From Bacteroidia bacterium (GTDB lineage: Bacteria > Bacteroidota > Bacteroidia > 2-12-FULL-35-15): DNA of 35,665 bases. The stretch spans positions 1 to 35,665 of the forward strand of contig JAEUTT010000083.1 of NCBI GenBank assembly GCA_016787165.1, given 5' to 3'. Made by a program: the position numbers and the translations under genes. Positions 17,872 through 27,887 of the stretch are shown piece by piece. The notes beneath the pieces were generated by a model that made no database searches, was not told the origin of the DNA, and saw only the letters and a list, made by a program, of their open reading frames with translations. How positions within the stretch are numbered: the stretch's first letter is position 1; each line of letters starts with the position of its first letter.

Positions 17872-20355
17872 TTACTCTTGATAATAAACTCTTTTTACTC
17901 TTCGAGAAACGTTGGTAAGTACTTCATAAGGGATTGTGCCAATGTCACTTGCTACTTCTGTGATTGGAAGTGCATCACCAAAAACGATAACTTCGTCATT
18001 TTCGTTGGCTTTAATATCGGTAATATCTATCATGCACATGTCCATACAAACATTTCCAACAATTGGTGCTACTTGTCCTTTTACAATCATTTTTCCTTTT
18101 CCATTGCTTAGTTTTCTGCTTAAGCCATCGGCATAACCAATAGGAACGGTAGCTATTTGAATGTCTCTAGTTGCAACACCTTTTCTGCTGTATCCAATTG
18201 TTTCGTTGGCAGGAATATTTTTAATTTGAGAGATACTTGTTTTAAGTGTACTTACATTTTGTAGTTGGGCTTGTTCTGTTGCATTTGCACCAATTCCATA
18301 CAATCCAATTCCTAATCGAACCATTTCAAATTGTGCATCAGGGAAACGTGAAATACCTGCGGAGTTTAAAATATGTTTAATAATAGGTTGAGTGAAATGT
18401 GTTTTTATTTGTTCGCTCATAACATTAAATTTTTTTATTTGAAGCCAAGTAAAATCATCATGCTCGGATTCATCACTTGCTGCTAAATGAGAAAAAATAG
18501 ATTTAATGTTTAAACTTTTATTGTTTTTAATTCGAACGATTAATTCATTGATATCATTTTCCTCAAATCCCAAACGATGCATTCCTGTATCAAGTTTAAT
18601 GTGAATAGATATGGGTTGTGAATTTTTTATTTCACTTCTTTTTAATGTTTCTTCAAATAAATTTAGAACTCTAAAGCTGTAAATTTCAGGCTCTAAATTG
18701 TAGTGTATCATTGCATCATAGCTTTGTTCTTCAGGATTCATAACCATGATAGGCATTGTAATTCCTGCTTTTCGAAGCTCTATACCTTCATCGGCATAAG
18801 CAACAGCCAAATAATCAACTCGGTGAAACTGAAGAATATTGGCAATTTCAAAGCTTCCACTACCGTATGAAAATGCTTTAACCATTGCCATTATTTTAGT
18901 GTCGGCTTTTATTTTTGAGCGAAAATAATTTAAGTTATGTACAATTGAATTAAGATTTATTTCTAAAACAGTTTCATGTGCTTTTTGCTGTATAACCTTG
19001 CTGATTGATTCAAAACCAAATGCACGAGCACCTTTTAACAAAATGGTTTCATCTCTAAAAAAAGAGTTGTTGTATTGCTGTAAAAATTCAGTTGTAGATT
19101 TAAAAAAAGTTTTTTCAATATTAAATTGATTTGCTTGACTTGTAATTGCTTCACCAATACCAACTAAACGTGAAATTCCTTTTTTGTGAATTAATTCTGC
19201 CACATCTTTATAGAGCGCTTCTTCGTTGCGTCCGCTTTGTAATATATCCGAAAGAATCAGCGTTTTTTTAGGGTGTTGTTTTTGCTGATTTAAAAAATCC
19301 AATGCAATACTTAAAGAGCCTAAATCGGAATTATAACTATCATTTATAATAGAACAATTATTAATTCCTTCTTTTAATTCGAGTCGCATAGCTACCGGAC
19401 TTAACAGTTTCATTCGATCTGCAATAACATCATTTTCATAGCCCAAATAAAGCATCATAGCCCAACAGTGAATTGCATTTTCAATGCTTGCTTCATCAGT
19501 AAACGGAATATTAATTCGTATAAAATCGTTTTTATAAATTGCTTGAATTTCTGTTTCAACAGCTGTTTTTGTAATTCTACCGACCAACAAATCGGCTCTT
19601 GATTTTTTCGACCAAGCAAATGTTTTTAATGATTGAAATGCTTTATCTTCTTGAATATAATTGTGAACGGAAAGATAGTCTTTGCAATAGATAAGAGCTT
19701 CGGCATGTGTAAAAAGTTTTAGTTTTTCTTTTACTTTTTGATTTTGATTTTCAAAATTTTCATCGTGTGCTTGTCCAATATTAGTTAGCAATCCAATAGT
19801 TGGCTGTATAATTTTTTCCAATGCTTTCATTTCATTGGGCATAGAAATACCAGCTTCAAAAACACCAAGATTGTGTTCTTCATTTAATTGCCACACAGAA
19901 AGAGGAACGCCTACTTGTGAATTAAAGCTTTTAGGACTTCGAACAATACTTTTATCTTCTCGTAGGAGTTGATATAGCCATTCTTTTACAATGGTTTTGC
20001 CATTACTACCCGTTATTCCAATTATAGGAATATGAAATTGTTTACGGTGATGAGCACAAAGTGTTTGTAGTGCGCTAAGTGTATCGTTTACAAGAATAAA
20101 ATTTGCCTGTTCAAGTTTTTGGATATTTTCTGGAAGAGTTGAAACAATAAAATTGCGGACACCTTTTTCGTATAGTTCAATGATATAGGCATGTCCATCA
20201 TGACGCTCTCCTTTGATTGCAAAAAACAAGGACGTTTCAGCGTTTGCAAGTTTACGACTATCAATTAATAAATTTTTAATCTCTACGTTCAAATCGTTGT
20301 TCCGATGAATGTTCCCGTTAACAATGGAAGAGATATTGTGAATTGTATAGTTCAT
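17872..20355 (-). CDS. bifunctional UDP-N-acetylmuramoyl-tripeptide--D-alanyl-D-alanine ligase / alanine racemase
   Basis: N-terminal half is a Mur ligase (GITGSNGKT P-loop, MurF-like). C-terminal half is an alanine racemase fold (PLP-lysine region AMVKAFSYGSG, PIGYADGLSR, YEVLTNVSRRVKRVY). An 827-aa fusion of the kind I recall being annotated in Bacteroidota. Confidence 0.88.
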   Translation of the reverse strand: MNYTIHNISSIVNGNIHRNNDLNVEIKNLLIDSRKLANAETSLFFAIKGERHDGHAYIIELYEKGVRNFIVSTLPENIQKLEQANFILVNDTLSALQTLCAHHRKQFHIPIIGITGSNGKTIVKEWLYQLLREDKSIVRSPKSFNSQVGVPLSVWQLNEEHNLGVFEAGISMPNEMKALEKIIQPTIGLLTNIGQAHDENFENQNQKVKEKLKLFTHAEALIYCKDYLSVHNYIQEDKAFQSLKTFAWSKKSRADLLVGRITKTAVETEIQAIYKNDFIRINIPFTDEASIENAIHCWAMMLYLGYENDVIADRMKLLSPVAMRLELKEGINNCSIINDSYNSDLGSLSIALDFLNQQKQHPKKTLILSDILQSGRNEEALYKDVAELIHKKGISRLVGIGEAITSQANQFNIEKTFFKSTTEFLQQYNNSFFRDETILLKGARAFGFESISKVIQQKAHETVLEINLNSIVHNLNYFRSKIKADTKIMAMVKAFSYGSGSFEIANILQFHRVDYLAVAYADEGIELRKAGITMPIMVMNPEEQSYDAMIHYNLEPEIYSFRVLNLFEETLKRSEIKNSQPISIHIKLDTGMHRLGFEENDINELIVRIKNNKSLNIKSIFSHLAASDESEHDDFTWLQIKKFNVMSEQIKTHFTQPIIKHILNSAGISRFPDAQFEMVRLGIGLYGIGANATEQAQLQNVSTLKTSISQIKNIPANETIGYSRKGVATRDIQIATVPIGYADGLSRKLSNGKGKMIVKGQVAPIVGNVCMDMCMIDITDIKANENDEVIVFGDALPITEVASDIGTIPYEVLTNVSRRVKRVYYQE

Positions 20356-20356
20356 T

Positions 20357-20932
20357 TTATTTTTTAGATTCTACAAAACAATCTCTGCACAAGGGTTCAT
20401 AATTGCTTGTTTCGCCAAGTAAAACAAGCTGTTCTTCTGCAGTCATTCGGTGCGAATGGTTAGCTAAATTTCCACAACGCATACAAATTGCATGAACCTT
20501 AGTAACGTATTCTGCGGTTGCTAATAATGCGGGCATTGGTCCAAATGGTTTTCCTAAATAATCCATGTCTAAGCCGGCAACAATAACCCTTATACCGCTA
20601 TTTGCAAGTTGATTACAAACATCTACCAGCCCTAAATCAAAAAATTGAGCTTCATCAATTCCCACAACATCCACATCGGTGGCTAATAATAAAATGTTTG
20701 ATGATGCAGGAACAGGAGTGGAATGAATGGAGTTGCTATCATGAGAAACCACCTTTACATCATCATATCGTGTATCTACCGCAGGTTTAAATATTTCAAC
20801 ACTTTGTTTGGCAAATTGGGCCCGCTTCATCCGCCTTATTAATTCTTCTGTTTTTCCTGAAAACATAGAACCACAAATAACTTCAATGGAGCCTTTGCGT
20901 TTATGAGGATGTATAGTGTTTTCTAGAAACAT
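20357..20932 (-). CDS. tdk: thymidine kinase
   Basis: P-loop [23 protein letters not shown], and zinc-ribbon cysteines CMRCG...CRDC. Typical length of 191 aa. Confidence 0.93.
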   Translation of the reverse strand: MFLENTIHPHKRKGSIEVICGSMFSGKTEELIRRMKRAQFAKQSVEIFKPAVDTRYDDVKVVSHDSNSIHSTPVPASSNILLLATDVDVVGIDEAQFFDLGLVDVCNQLANSGIRVIVAGLDMDYLGKPFGPMPALLATAEYVTKVHAICMRCGNLANHSHRMTAEEQLVLLGETSNYEPLCRDCFVESKK

Positions 20933-20983
20933 TTTTTATAAACCGAAAAAATTAATGTAATTTTAGTGTGTTTAACGGAATAA

Positions 20984-20991
20984 CAAAACTA
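20984..20991 (-). promoter_or_regulatory. candidate -7 box (TAnnTTTG) for tdk/murF-alr
   Basis: Minus-strand TAGTTTTG, about 52 nt upstream of the tdk ATG (20932), in the divergent intergenic region. Confidence 0.25.
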
Positions 20992-21012
20992 ACAAAAAAG
21001 CGTTGTTTTAGT

Positions 21013-21020
21013 TAAATTTG
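21013..21020 (+). promoter_or_regulatory. candidate -7 box (TAnnTTTG) for the 21037 gene
   Basis: TAAATTTG, 17 nt upstream of the ATG at 21037. Confidence 0.3.
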
Positions 21021-21036
21021 CCTAAATAATATTTAC

Positions 21037-21684
21037 ATGGACAAAAATAAGATTAGAAAAGAAATAGCCGAGCTGATTAATAGCATAAAACAGCACTCTG
21101 ATGATATTGGCGATAAAAAGCATATTCCTCAACTAGAGCTGGAGTTAATTTTAAAAAAGATAGCTTCATTGTATGAAAAATCAATTGTTTTTAACTATTT
21201 AAATTCTCAAAAATCAATTGAAAATGAAATTGCAAAATTGATAGAACCTGTTGTAAATATTGAAGAGAAAATAATGCTTGAGATCTCTAAATCCAAAGAA
21301 GAGCCGGTGGTACAAAAAAAGGCAGAAGCAGAAATACAAGAAATATCAACAACAATCATTGAAGAACCTAAAGAAGAACTAAAAACAATTGAAGGGCCAG
21401 TTCAACAAGCAAATACGAATACTAAGCCAACAGTAAATATCCAAAAGCCTTCAATTGCTGATATAAAATCGGCAATAGGGATAAATGATAGATTTCAATT
21501 TTCAAATGAATTGTTTCAAGGAAATATGCAAGAATATGAAATTGGGATTCAACAATTAAATTCATCTGAAAATATAGATTCGGCAATGGTTTATTTCAAT
21601 AGCTTAAAAAAACTATACAATTGGGATATGAAAAATGAAACCGTTATACGATTGTTAGAATTGGTTGAACGTAGATATTCATAA
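21037..21684 (+). CDS. hypothetical protein (helical N-terminus, low-complexity E/K/P-rich linker, conserved-looking C-terminal domain)
   Basis: Long ORF with clean codon structure and no signal peptide. No motif I can name. The next gene starts 7 nt downstream. Confidence 0.6.
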   Translation: MDKNKIRKEIAELINSIKQHSDDIGDKKHIPQLELELILKKIASLYEKSIVFNYLNSQKSIENEIAKLIEPVVNIEEKIMLEISKSKEEPVVQKKAEAEIQEISTTIIEEPKEELKTIEGPVQQANTNTKPTVNIQKPSIADIKSAIGINDRFQFSNELFQGNMQEYEIGIQQLNSSENIDSAMVYFNSLKKLYNWDMKNETVIRLLELVERRYS

Positions 21685-21690
21685 CTATTC

Positions 21691-23019
21691 ATGAATATAA
21701 AAAAAATACTTATTTTTCTTTTTTTTATAAACTCTTGTGTTCTTTTTTCCCAAGAAACAGTTTATGCTTATGCCCGAAAAGTAGTAGATACAATGGCTTC
21801 GGCTTCAATGCATGGTAGAGGTTATGTAAACGAAGGCGATAAAATTGCTGCAAATTATATTAAAAATGAATTTGAAAAATTTGGATTAAAAAACTTCACA
21901 GAAAATTACTACCAACATTTTAATTTTAATATCAATACATTTCCAGGAAAAATCGAATTCAAAATCGAAAATTATGTCGAACACGACAAAAATTCATTCA
22001 CAACAAACAACTTAATATTCAAAGGCAATCTGGCAAAAAATTATTTAATTAATGCTTCGTCCACCCTCTGGCAGAATGTTTTTAAAATTGAAATTTTTGA
22101 CTCTACGTACGCCTCAAAAAAAGGTTTAAAGAAATTTTCAAAAAAACAATATCTGGGATTAAGTTATATTTTAATTGACGACAGAAATGTAAAAAACAAA
22201 ACCCAATTAGAATATTTTAAACTAGTTAAAAAAAATTATTTTAATTCTTCAGGAAAAATTATTTTAGTAGATAAATTAACTTGGTCGCAATCCCAAACTT
22301 TTCAGCAACCAACAATTGAAATTTTAAAAGATAGTTTTAACATAAGAGAAACGAAACTTGCTGGCTCGCTGGAGGGAAAAAATAAATTTATCCCGAATTA
22401 TCAATCACAAAATGTGATTGGCTATGTTGAGGGTTCTGTGTATCCCGATTCGTTTATTGTGTTTTCGGCACATTATGATCATTTAGGGCAATTAGGCGAA
22501 GAGGTATATTTTCCAGGTGCCAATGATAATGCAAGTGGCTGCGCCATGCTATTAAATTTAGCAAAACATTATTCTTTACCAGAAAACAAATCCAAATATT
22601 CTATTGCATTTATTGCGTTTTCTGCCGAAGAGGTGGGCTTGCTTGGCTCAAAACATTTCACGGAAAATCCACTCTTCCCTTTAAATAAAATAAAATTTGT
22701 TTTTAACATGGATATTATGGGAACAGGAGAGGATGGGATTACTGTTGTTAATGGAACAGAGTATAAAAAAGAATTTGAAAAGCTGAAAGAAATTAATACA
22801 ACACATAATTTTATTAAGGATGTGAAAATGCGTGGGAAGGCTGCAAATAGCGACCATTATTATTTTTCAGAAAAAGGGGTGAAATCGTTTTTTATTTATA
22901 CCATGGGAGGCATAAAAGCCTATCATGATATATATGATAAAGCAGAAACATTGCCCTTGAATGAGTTTGAAAATTTATTTCATCTCATTACAGCATTCGC
23001 AACTTATCTACAAGAGTAG
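21691..23019 (+). CDS. M28-family zinc aminopeptidase
   Basis: Signal peptide MNIKKILIFLFFINSCVLFSQ. M28 metal-ligand blocks SAHYDHLG, GANDNASGCAMLL, SAEEVGLLGSKHF, NMDIMG, SDHYYF. Confidence 0.88.
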   Translation: MNIKKILIFLFFINSCVLFSQETVYAYARKVVDTMASASMHGRGYVNEGDKIAANYIKNEFEKFGLKNFTENYYQHFNFNINTFPGKIEFKIENYVEHDKNSFTTNNLIFKGNLAKNYLINASSTLWQNVFKIEIFDSTYASKKGLKKFSKKQYLGLSYILIDDRNVKNKTQLEYFKLVKKNYFNSSGKIILVDKLTWSQSQTFQQPTIEILKDSFNIRETKLAGSLEGKNKFIPNYQSQNVIGYVEGSVYPDSFIVFSAHYDHLGQLGEEVYFPGANDNASGCAMLLNLAKHYSLPENKSKYSIAFIAFSAEEVGLLGSKHFTENPLFPLNKIKFVFNMDIMGTGEDGITVVNGTEYKKEFEKLKEINTTHNFIKDVKMRGKAANSDHYYFSEKGVKSFFIYTMGGIKAYHDIYDKAETLPLNEFENLFHLITAFATYLQE

Positions 23020-23089
23020 AAAATATATTTTGCTTTTTTATAAGAGTAGGAGATGTTTTTAAATTGTGAAATTAGAATAGACTTGTCAA

Positions 23090-23296
23090 ACTCTCCGATT
23101 TTTAAAGGAAGTTGATTTTAATTGTGTATTGAAATTATAATAAGAGGTTAATTAAACTCCCCCTTTAGAAGGGGGAATTGATTAACGAAAAAAGAATAAT
23201 TAATCAAAAAATAAAAAGGTGTTGAAAAATAAAAAGAATCCCCCTTACCCCCTTTAAAAGGGGGAGTTGATTAACGAAAAAAAATTGATTAACGAA
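23090..23296. repeat. intergenic direct repeats: C5/G5 hairpin followed by TTGATTAACGAA
   Basis: CTCCCCCTTTAGAAGGGGGAATTGATTAACGAAAAAA (23157-23193) and CCCCCTTTAAAAGGGGGAGTTGATTAACGAAAAAAAATTGATTAACGAA (23248-23296). A degenerate copy CTCTCCGATTTTTAAAGGAAGTTGATT lies at 23091-23117. The hairpins are 23159-23175 and 23248-23264. Confidence 0.7.
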
Positions 23297-23339
23297 TCAT
23301 AGAATAACAAAAAAATAAAACCATTTTAAAACATACAAT

Positions 23340-24053
23340 TTGAAACTTTACATTGTTCCTACACCTATCGGAAACCTTGAAGATATAACACTTCGAGCAA
23401 TACGTATATTAAAAGAGGTAGATATTATTTTAGCTGAAGACACAAGAACAAGCGGCAATTTGTTAAAGCATTTAGGAATTGAAAAACGAATGTTTGCTCA
23501 TCATCAGCACAATGAACATAAAACGATAGAATTAATTTCAGAGCGTATTGCCGGTGGTGAAAAAATTGCATTGATAACCGATGCGGGCACGCCAGGAATT
23601 TCTGACCCCGGCTTTTTGCTTATTAGGGAATGTATTGCAAAAGGAATTGAAGTGGAGTGTCTGCCGGGCGCAACAGCCTTTGTCCCTGCTCTTGTAAATT
23701 CGGGATTGCCATGTGATACGTTTTGCTTTGAAGGTTTTTTACCACAAAAAAAGGGACGCCAAACAAAAATAAAATCACTTGTACATGAACATAGAACAAT
23801 GGTTTTTTATGAATCACCACATCGTTTGGTAAAAGCATTGGAGCAGTTTGCCGAATTTTTTGGTGCCGAAAGAAAAGCTTCCGTTTCAAGAGAACTTACA
23901 AAAATGTATGAAGAAAATAAAAGAGGAACTTTACACGTCTTGGCAGAATATTTTAAGTCGAAAACAGTAAAAGGTGAAATTGTGATTGTGGTTGAAGGTT
24001 GTAAAACAAAAACAAAAAATGAAGTTGAAGAAGTAAGTGATTCAGAAGAATAA
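23340..24053 (+). CDS. rsmI: 16S rRNA (cytidine1402-2'-O)-methyltransferase
   Basis: KLYIVPTPIGNLEDITLRAIRILKEVDIILAEDTR and ITDAGTPGISDPG are canonical RsmI motifs. TTG start at 23340. Confidence 0.9.
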   Translation: MKLYIVPTPIGNLEDITLRAIRILKEVDIILAEDTRTSGNLLKHLGIEKRMFAHHQHNEHKTIELISERIAGGEKIALITDAGTPGISDPGFLLIRECIAKGIEVECLPGATAFVPALVNSGLPCDTFCFEGFLPQKKGRQTKIKSLVHEHRTMVFYESPHRLVKALEQFAEFFGAERKASVSRELTKMYEENKRGTLHVLAEYFKSKTVKGEIVIVVEGCKTKTKNEVEEVSDSEE

Positions 24054-24063
24054 ATAAACGAAC

Positions 24064-25113
24064 ATGAACAATATACAACATAAGGTGGGCGCGCCTCCCG
24101 GAACGCTTGTTTATTCTGGAGAACAACGTTCAGAAAAAGTAAAAATTACCCTCATTGAGTACAATGAAAATGAATTTATAGAAAAAGATTTTTATGATTT
24201 TGAAGAGTGTGAAAAACTTTTAAATCAAGGGATGGTTAGGTGGATTAACGTAGATGGAATTCATGATGTAGCGTTAATAGATAAGATAGGAAAACACTTT
24301 AATATACATCCGCTTACACTTGAAGACATTGTTCATCCTAATCAACGAGCAAAGTTTGAAGATTATGATAATTATGTGGTATCGATCATGAAAATGATAA
24401 CCCTTGATAGTAATGAAATACATTCCGAACAACTTGCTGTAATATTAATGGATGGAATAGTTATTTCTTTTCAGGAAGTAGAAGGAGGCGATGCTTTTGA
24501 TTTTATTCGTGACCGACTAAGACAAGGGAAAGGACGTATCAGAAAAATGGGTGCTGATTATTTAGCATACGCATTAATTGATGCTGTTGTTGATTTTTAT
24601 TTTACAATACTTGAAAAATTTGGTGATAAAATAGAAGTGCTTGAAGATGACCTCATGAATGAACCAACAAAAGAATCGCTACATCAGTTGCACGACATGA
24701 AACGCGAAATGATTTTTGTTAGAAAGGCTGTTTGGCCAATGCGCGAAATGATTAACAACATGCAACGATCTGAATCGGATTTAATAAAACCAGCAACAGA
24801 TGTATATTTGAGGGATGTACACGATCATACAATACGAGTGATTGATACTGTAGAAACATACCGAGATTTATTGTCAGGAATGATGGATATTTATTTGTCG
24901 AGCGTTAGTAATAAAATGAATGAAGTAATGAAAGTGTTAACAATTATTACTACACTTTTTGTTCCCGTTACATTTATTGTTGGAGTGTATGGGATGAATT
25001 TTGAATTTATGCCGGAGCTTCACTCTAAGTGGGGTTATCCGCTTACATGGCTTGTGATGCTTGCTATTATTATTTCATTATTATTTTATTTTAAACGAAA
25101 AAAATGGTTGTAA
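24064..25113 (+). CDS. corA: magnesium/cobalt transporter CorA
   Basis: C-terminal two TM helices with the signature VYGMNFEFMPEL (GMN motif). Cytoplasmic N-terminal domain of the usual size. Confidence 0.9.
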   Translation: MNNIQHKVGAPPGTLVYSGEQRSEKVKITLIEYNENEFIEKDFYDFEECEKLLNQGMVRWINVDGIHDVALIDKIGKHFNIHPLTLEDIVHPNQRAKFEDYDNYVVSIMKMITLDSNEIHSEQLAVILMDGIVISFQEVEGGDAFDFIRDRLRQGKGRIRKMGADYLAYALIDAVVDFYFTILEKFGDKIEVLEDDLMNEPTKESLHQLHDMKREMIFVRKAVWPMREMINNMQRSESDLIKPATDVYLRDVHDHTIRVIDTVETYRDLLSGMMDIYLSSVSNKMNEVMKVLTIITTLFVPVTFIVGVYGMNFEFMPELHSKWGYPLTWLVMLAIIISLLFYFKRKKWL

Positions 25114-25130
25114 TACATCACAAAAACACG

Positions 25131-25877
25131 ATGAAAAAATTAACGTTAATACTCAGCATAATACTATTTAGTGTTCAGCTGTTTGCTCTCACTGATACAA
25201 ATAAAGTAAATTCTATTGGTCTAAAAACAGGCTTTTGGAAAGAAAAAAAAGACCAATTAGATTGGGAAGGGAAATATGAAAATGGGTTCAAAGAAGGAAC
25301 TTGGGTTGGGTGTCATGCAAATGGAATTATTGGAAATATTGAAGTATACGAAAAAGGCAAAAAAAACGGAATACGCGTATTTATTGATCAAAATGGTTTT
25401 TATTACCTCTCCGAAAATTATTTGAATGATACACTCAATGGAACAGTAATTAGTTATAGTTCGGGTGGAAGATTGAAAAATAAAACCGATTATAAAATGG
25501 GAAAAGTGCATGGCTACAAACGAGTATATTACACCGAAGGCTTGTTACAAGAAGAAAGTGCTTATGTGAATGATGTACGACATGGTGAAACAAAATGGTT
25601 TTATCAAGGAGGAGGAGTAAGCGTTTTGTACAATTATAAAAACGGATTATTGGATGGAGTTCAAAAAACATTTTATAAAAATGGAGCGATCAATTCGGAA
25701 GTTAAAATGGTTGAAAATGTAGAGGAAGGCGAGTATCTTGAATATTTTGAAAAAGGGAAACTAAAAATTGCAGGAAAATATATTGCCGGAAAAAAAGAAG
25801 GCCCGTGGAAAGAATTTAATGAAGAAGGCAAGTTAATAAAGACCGAAAATTATAAAAATGGAGAGGTTAAAAAGTGA
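25131..25877 (+). CDS. MORN-repeat-variant (YwqK-like) secreted protein (longest ORF starts at 25104)
   Basis: Repeated G-x-W-x-x-(Y/F)-x-x-G units (EGKYENGFKEGTWVG, YEKGKKNGIRVF, DYKMGKVHGYKRVYY, YKNGLLDGVQKTFY, GKKEGPWKEF). The signal peptide MKKLTLILSIILFSVQLFA begins at the ATG at 25131. The 25104 start would overlap corA by 10 nt. Confidence 0.75.
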   Translation: MKKLTLILSIILFSVQLFALTDTNKVNSIGLKTGFWKEKKDQLDWEGKYENGFKEGTWVGCHANGIIGNIEVYEKGKKNGIRVFIDQNGFYYLSENYLNDTLNGTVISYSSGGRLKNKTDYKMGKVHGYKRVYYTEGLLQEESAYVNDVRHGETKWFYQGGGVSVLYNYKNGLLDGVQKTFYKNGAINSEVKMVENVEEGEYLEYFEKGKLKIAGKYIAGKKEGPWKEFNEEGKLIKTENYKNGEVKK

Positions 25878-25989
25878 CAAAACACTGTTTGAAGCCTTTT
25901 ACTTTCATCGATTAGCCTCAAATACGCTAATCACTTGCATATTTCCTTAACAAAACGTATTTTTAGCTCTCTTTGAAAATGCATTTAAG

Positions 25990-27789
25990 ATGGCTAAAGA
26001 AACCTTATTAGAAATTAAAAATTTAGTTACTGAATTTCGTACCGAAGACGATACGGTAAAAGCAGTAAACGATATATCATTCACTTTATCAAAAGGTGAA
26101 ACAATTGGTATTGTGGGAGAATCGGGTTCGGGTAAGTCGGTAACATCACTTTCGGTGATGCGCTTAATCCCTAACCCTCCAGGAAAAATTACCGGAGGCG
26201 AAATTATTTATCACTCTAAAACAAAAGGACCTATTGACATTGTAAAGCTTTCTGAAAAGGAAATGCGTGAGTTACGTGGAAACGAAATTGCCATGATTTT
26301 TCAAGAGCCAATGACTTCTTTAAATCCTGTTTATACTTGTGGTGATCAGGTGATGGAAGCAATTTTGTTACATCAAAAATGTACAAAAAAGCAAGCCAAA
26401 GAAAAAACAATAGCACTCTTTAATGAAGTTCAGCTTCCTCGTCCAGAAAACATTTTTGATAGCTATCCTCATCAAATTTCGGGCGGACAAAAACAACGTG
26501 TAATGATTGCGATGGCAATGAGCTGTCAGCCAAACATATTAATTGCCGATGAGCCAACTACAGCTTTGGATGTTACTGTTCAAGCAACTATTTTAGATTT
26601 GATGCTAAAACTTCAGCGTGAGCATGAAATGGGAATTATGTTTATCACCCACGATTTAGGTGTAATTGCTGAATTAGCAGATAAAGTAGTGGTAATGTAT
26701 AAAGGTAAAATTGTAGAACAAGGAAGTGTGTTAGAAATATTTTCTAATCCACAACATCCTTATACAAAAGGACTTTTGGCTTGTCGCCCACCACTGAACA
26801 AACGTTTACATTGGCTACCTACTGTTGCTGACTTTATGAAAACGAGTGAAACGGGTGAGATGATTGAAAGTAATCAATCCGTTGCTCAGGTTACCGAAAA
26901 ACTAGTGGTTACTGCGACAGAAAGAGCAGAGGCACATAAAAAATTATATGCGAAAGAACCTGTTCTACAAATCAAAAATTTAAAAACATATTTCCCAATT
27001 AAAAAAGGGATGTTTGGCAAAGCAAAAGAGTTTGTAAAAGCGGTAGATGATGTAAGTTTTGATGTATATCCTGGCGAAACGCTTGGATTGGTAGGAGAGT
27101 CGGGGTGCGGTAAAACAACTTTAGGAAGAACTGTTTTAAGATTGATTGAACCAACAAGTGGTGAAGTTATTTTTAATGGAAAAAATATTACAAGTCTTGG
27201 AACCAATGAAATGAGAGAACTTAGAAAAGACATTCAAATTATTTTTCAAGATCCATATTCTTCTTTAAATCCTCGTATTACTATCGGACAAGCCATTATG
27301 GAGCCAATGCAGGTACATGGGATTTTAGAAAATGATAAAGCGAGAAAAGAAAGAGTAGTAGAATTGTTACAGCGTGTAAATATGAATGAAAGTCATTTTT
27401 ACCGTTATCCACATGAATTTTCAGGCGGACAACGTCAACGTATTTGCATTGCACGCGCACTTGCCTTAAAACCAAAATTTATTATTTGTGATGAATCAGT
27501 TTCAGCTTTGGATGTATCTGTTCAAGCACAAGTATTAAATCTTTTAAACGAATTAAAAAGAGAGTTTGATTTTACCTACATTTTTATTTCTCATGATTTA
27601 TCCGTTGTAAAATTTATGAGCGATAGAATGGTGGTGATGAATAAAGGAAAAGTAGAAGAAATGGGTGATGCTGATTCAATTTACAATAATCCACAAACAG
27701 AATACACGAAAAAATTAATTAGTGCTATTCCTAAAGGACAATTAGAAGATATTAAAGCATCTATTGAAAAGAAAAAAATGTTTGTGTAA
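25990..27789 (+). CDS. ABC transporter ATP-binding protein with two fused Dpp/Opp-type ATPase domains (YejF/GsiA-like)
   Basis: Two complete cassettes: Walker A GESGSGKS and GESGCGKT, signatures SGGQKQR and SGGQRQR, Walker [13 protein letters not shown] and [12 protein letters not shown]. Oligopeptide-type C-terminal extension HPYTKGLL. Confidence 0.9.
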   Translation: MAKETLLEIKNLVTEFRTEDDTVKAVNDISFTLSKGETIGIVGESGSGKSVTSLSVMRLIPNPPGKITGGEIIYHSKTKGPIDIVKLSEKEMRELRGNEIAMIFQEPMTSLNPVYTCGDQVMEAILLHQKCTKKQAKEKTIALFNEVQLPRPENIFDSYPHQISGGQKQRVMIAMAMSCQPNILIADEPTTALDVTVQATILDLMLKLQREHEMGIMFITHDLGVIAELADKVVVMYKGKIVEQGSVLEIFSNPQHPYTKGLLACRPPLNKRLHWLPTVADFMKTSETGEMIESNQSVAQVTEKLVVTATERAEAHKKLYAKEPVLQIKNLKTYFPIKKGMFGKAKEFVKAVDDVSFDVYPGETLGLVGESGCGKTTLGRTVLRLIEPTSGEVIFNGKNITSLGTNEMRELRKDIQIIFQDPYSSLNPRITIGQAIMEPMQVHGILENDKARKERVVELLQRVNMNESHFYRYPHEFSGGQRQRICIARALALKPKFIICDESVSALDVSVQAQVLNLLNELKREFDFTYIFISHDLSVVKFMSDRMVVMNKGKVEEMGDADSIYNNPQTEYTKKLISAIPKGQLEDIKASIEKKKMFV

Positions 27790-27798
27790 ACAGGCAAC

Positions 27799-27879
27799 TG
27801 TCATTTTGAGTGTAACGTAGTGAAACGAGAAATCTTTCAGTTTATAAGTATGAGATTTCTCCTTACAGTCGAAATGACA
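27799..27879. repeat. nested palindromic intergenic element (copy A), termini TGTCATTT(T/C)GA
   Basis: Terminal inverted repeats TGTCATTTTGAG (27799-27810) / GTCGAAATGACA (27868-27879). Inner perfect 9-bp stem GAGAAATCT (27827-27835) / AGATTTCTC (27853-27861). Confidence 0.75.
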
Positions 27880-27887
27880 AAAACAAC

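Noticed and set aside
23090-23296. Possible CRISPR array, because of direct repeats with internal hairpins
   Set aside because: There are only two good copies plus one degenerate copy. The spacing is irregular, part of the repeat (TTGATTAACGAA) is duplicated immediately, and no cas genes are in the window.
25104-25877. YwqK-type antitoxin or toxin-antitoxin module
   Set aside because: MORN-variant repeat proteins are sometimes labelled 'antitoxin YwqK'. This one has a signal peptide, no adjacent toxin-like gene, and sits between corA and an ABC ATPase. The 25104 start was also rejected in favour of the ATG at 25131 that begins the signal peptide.
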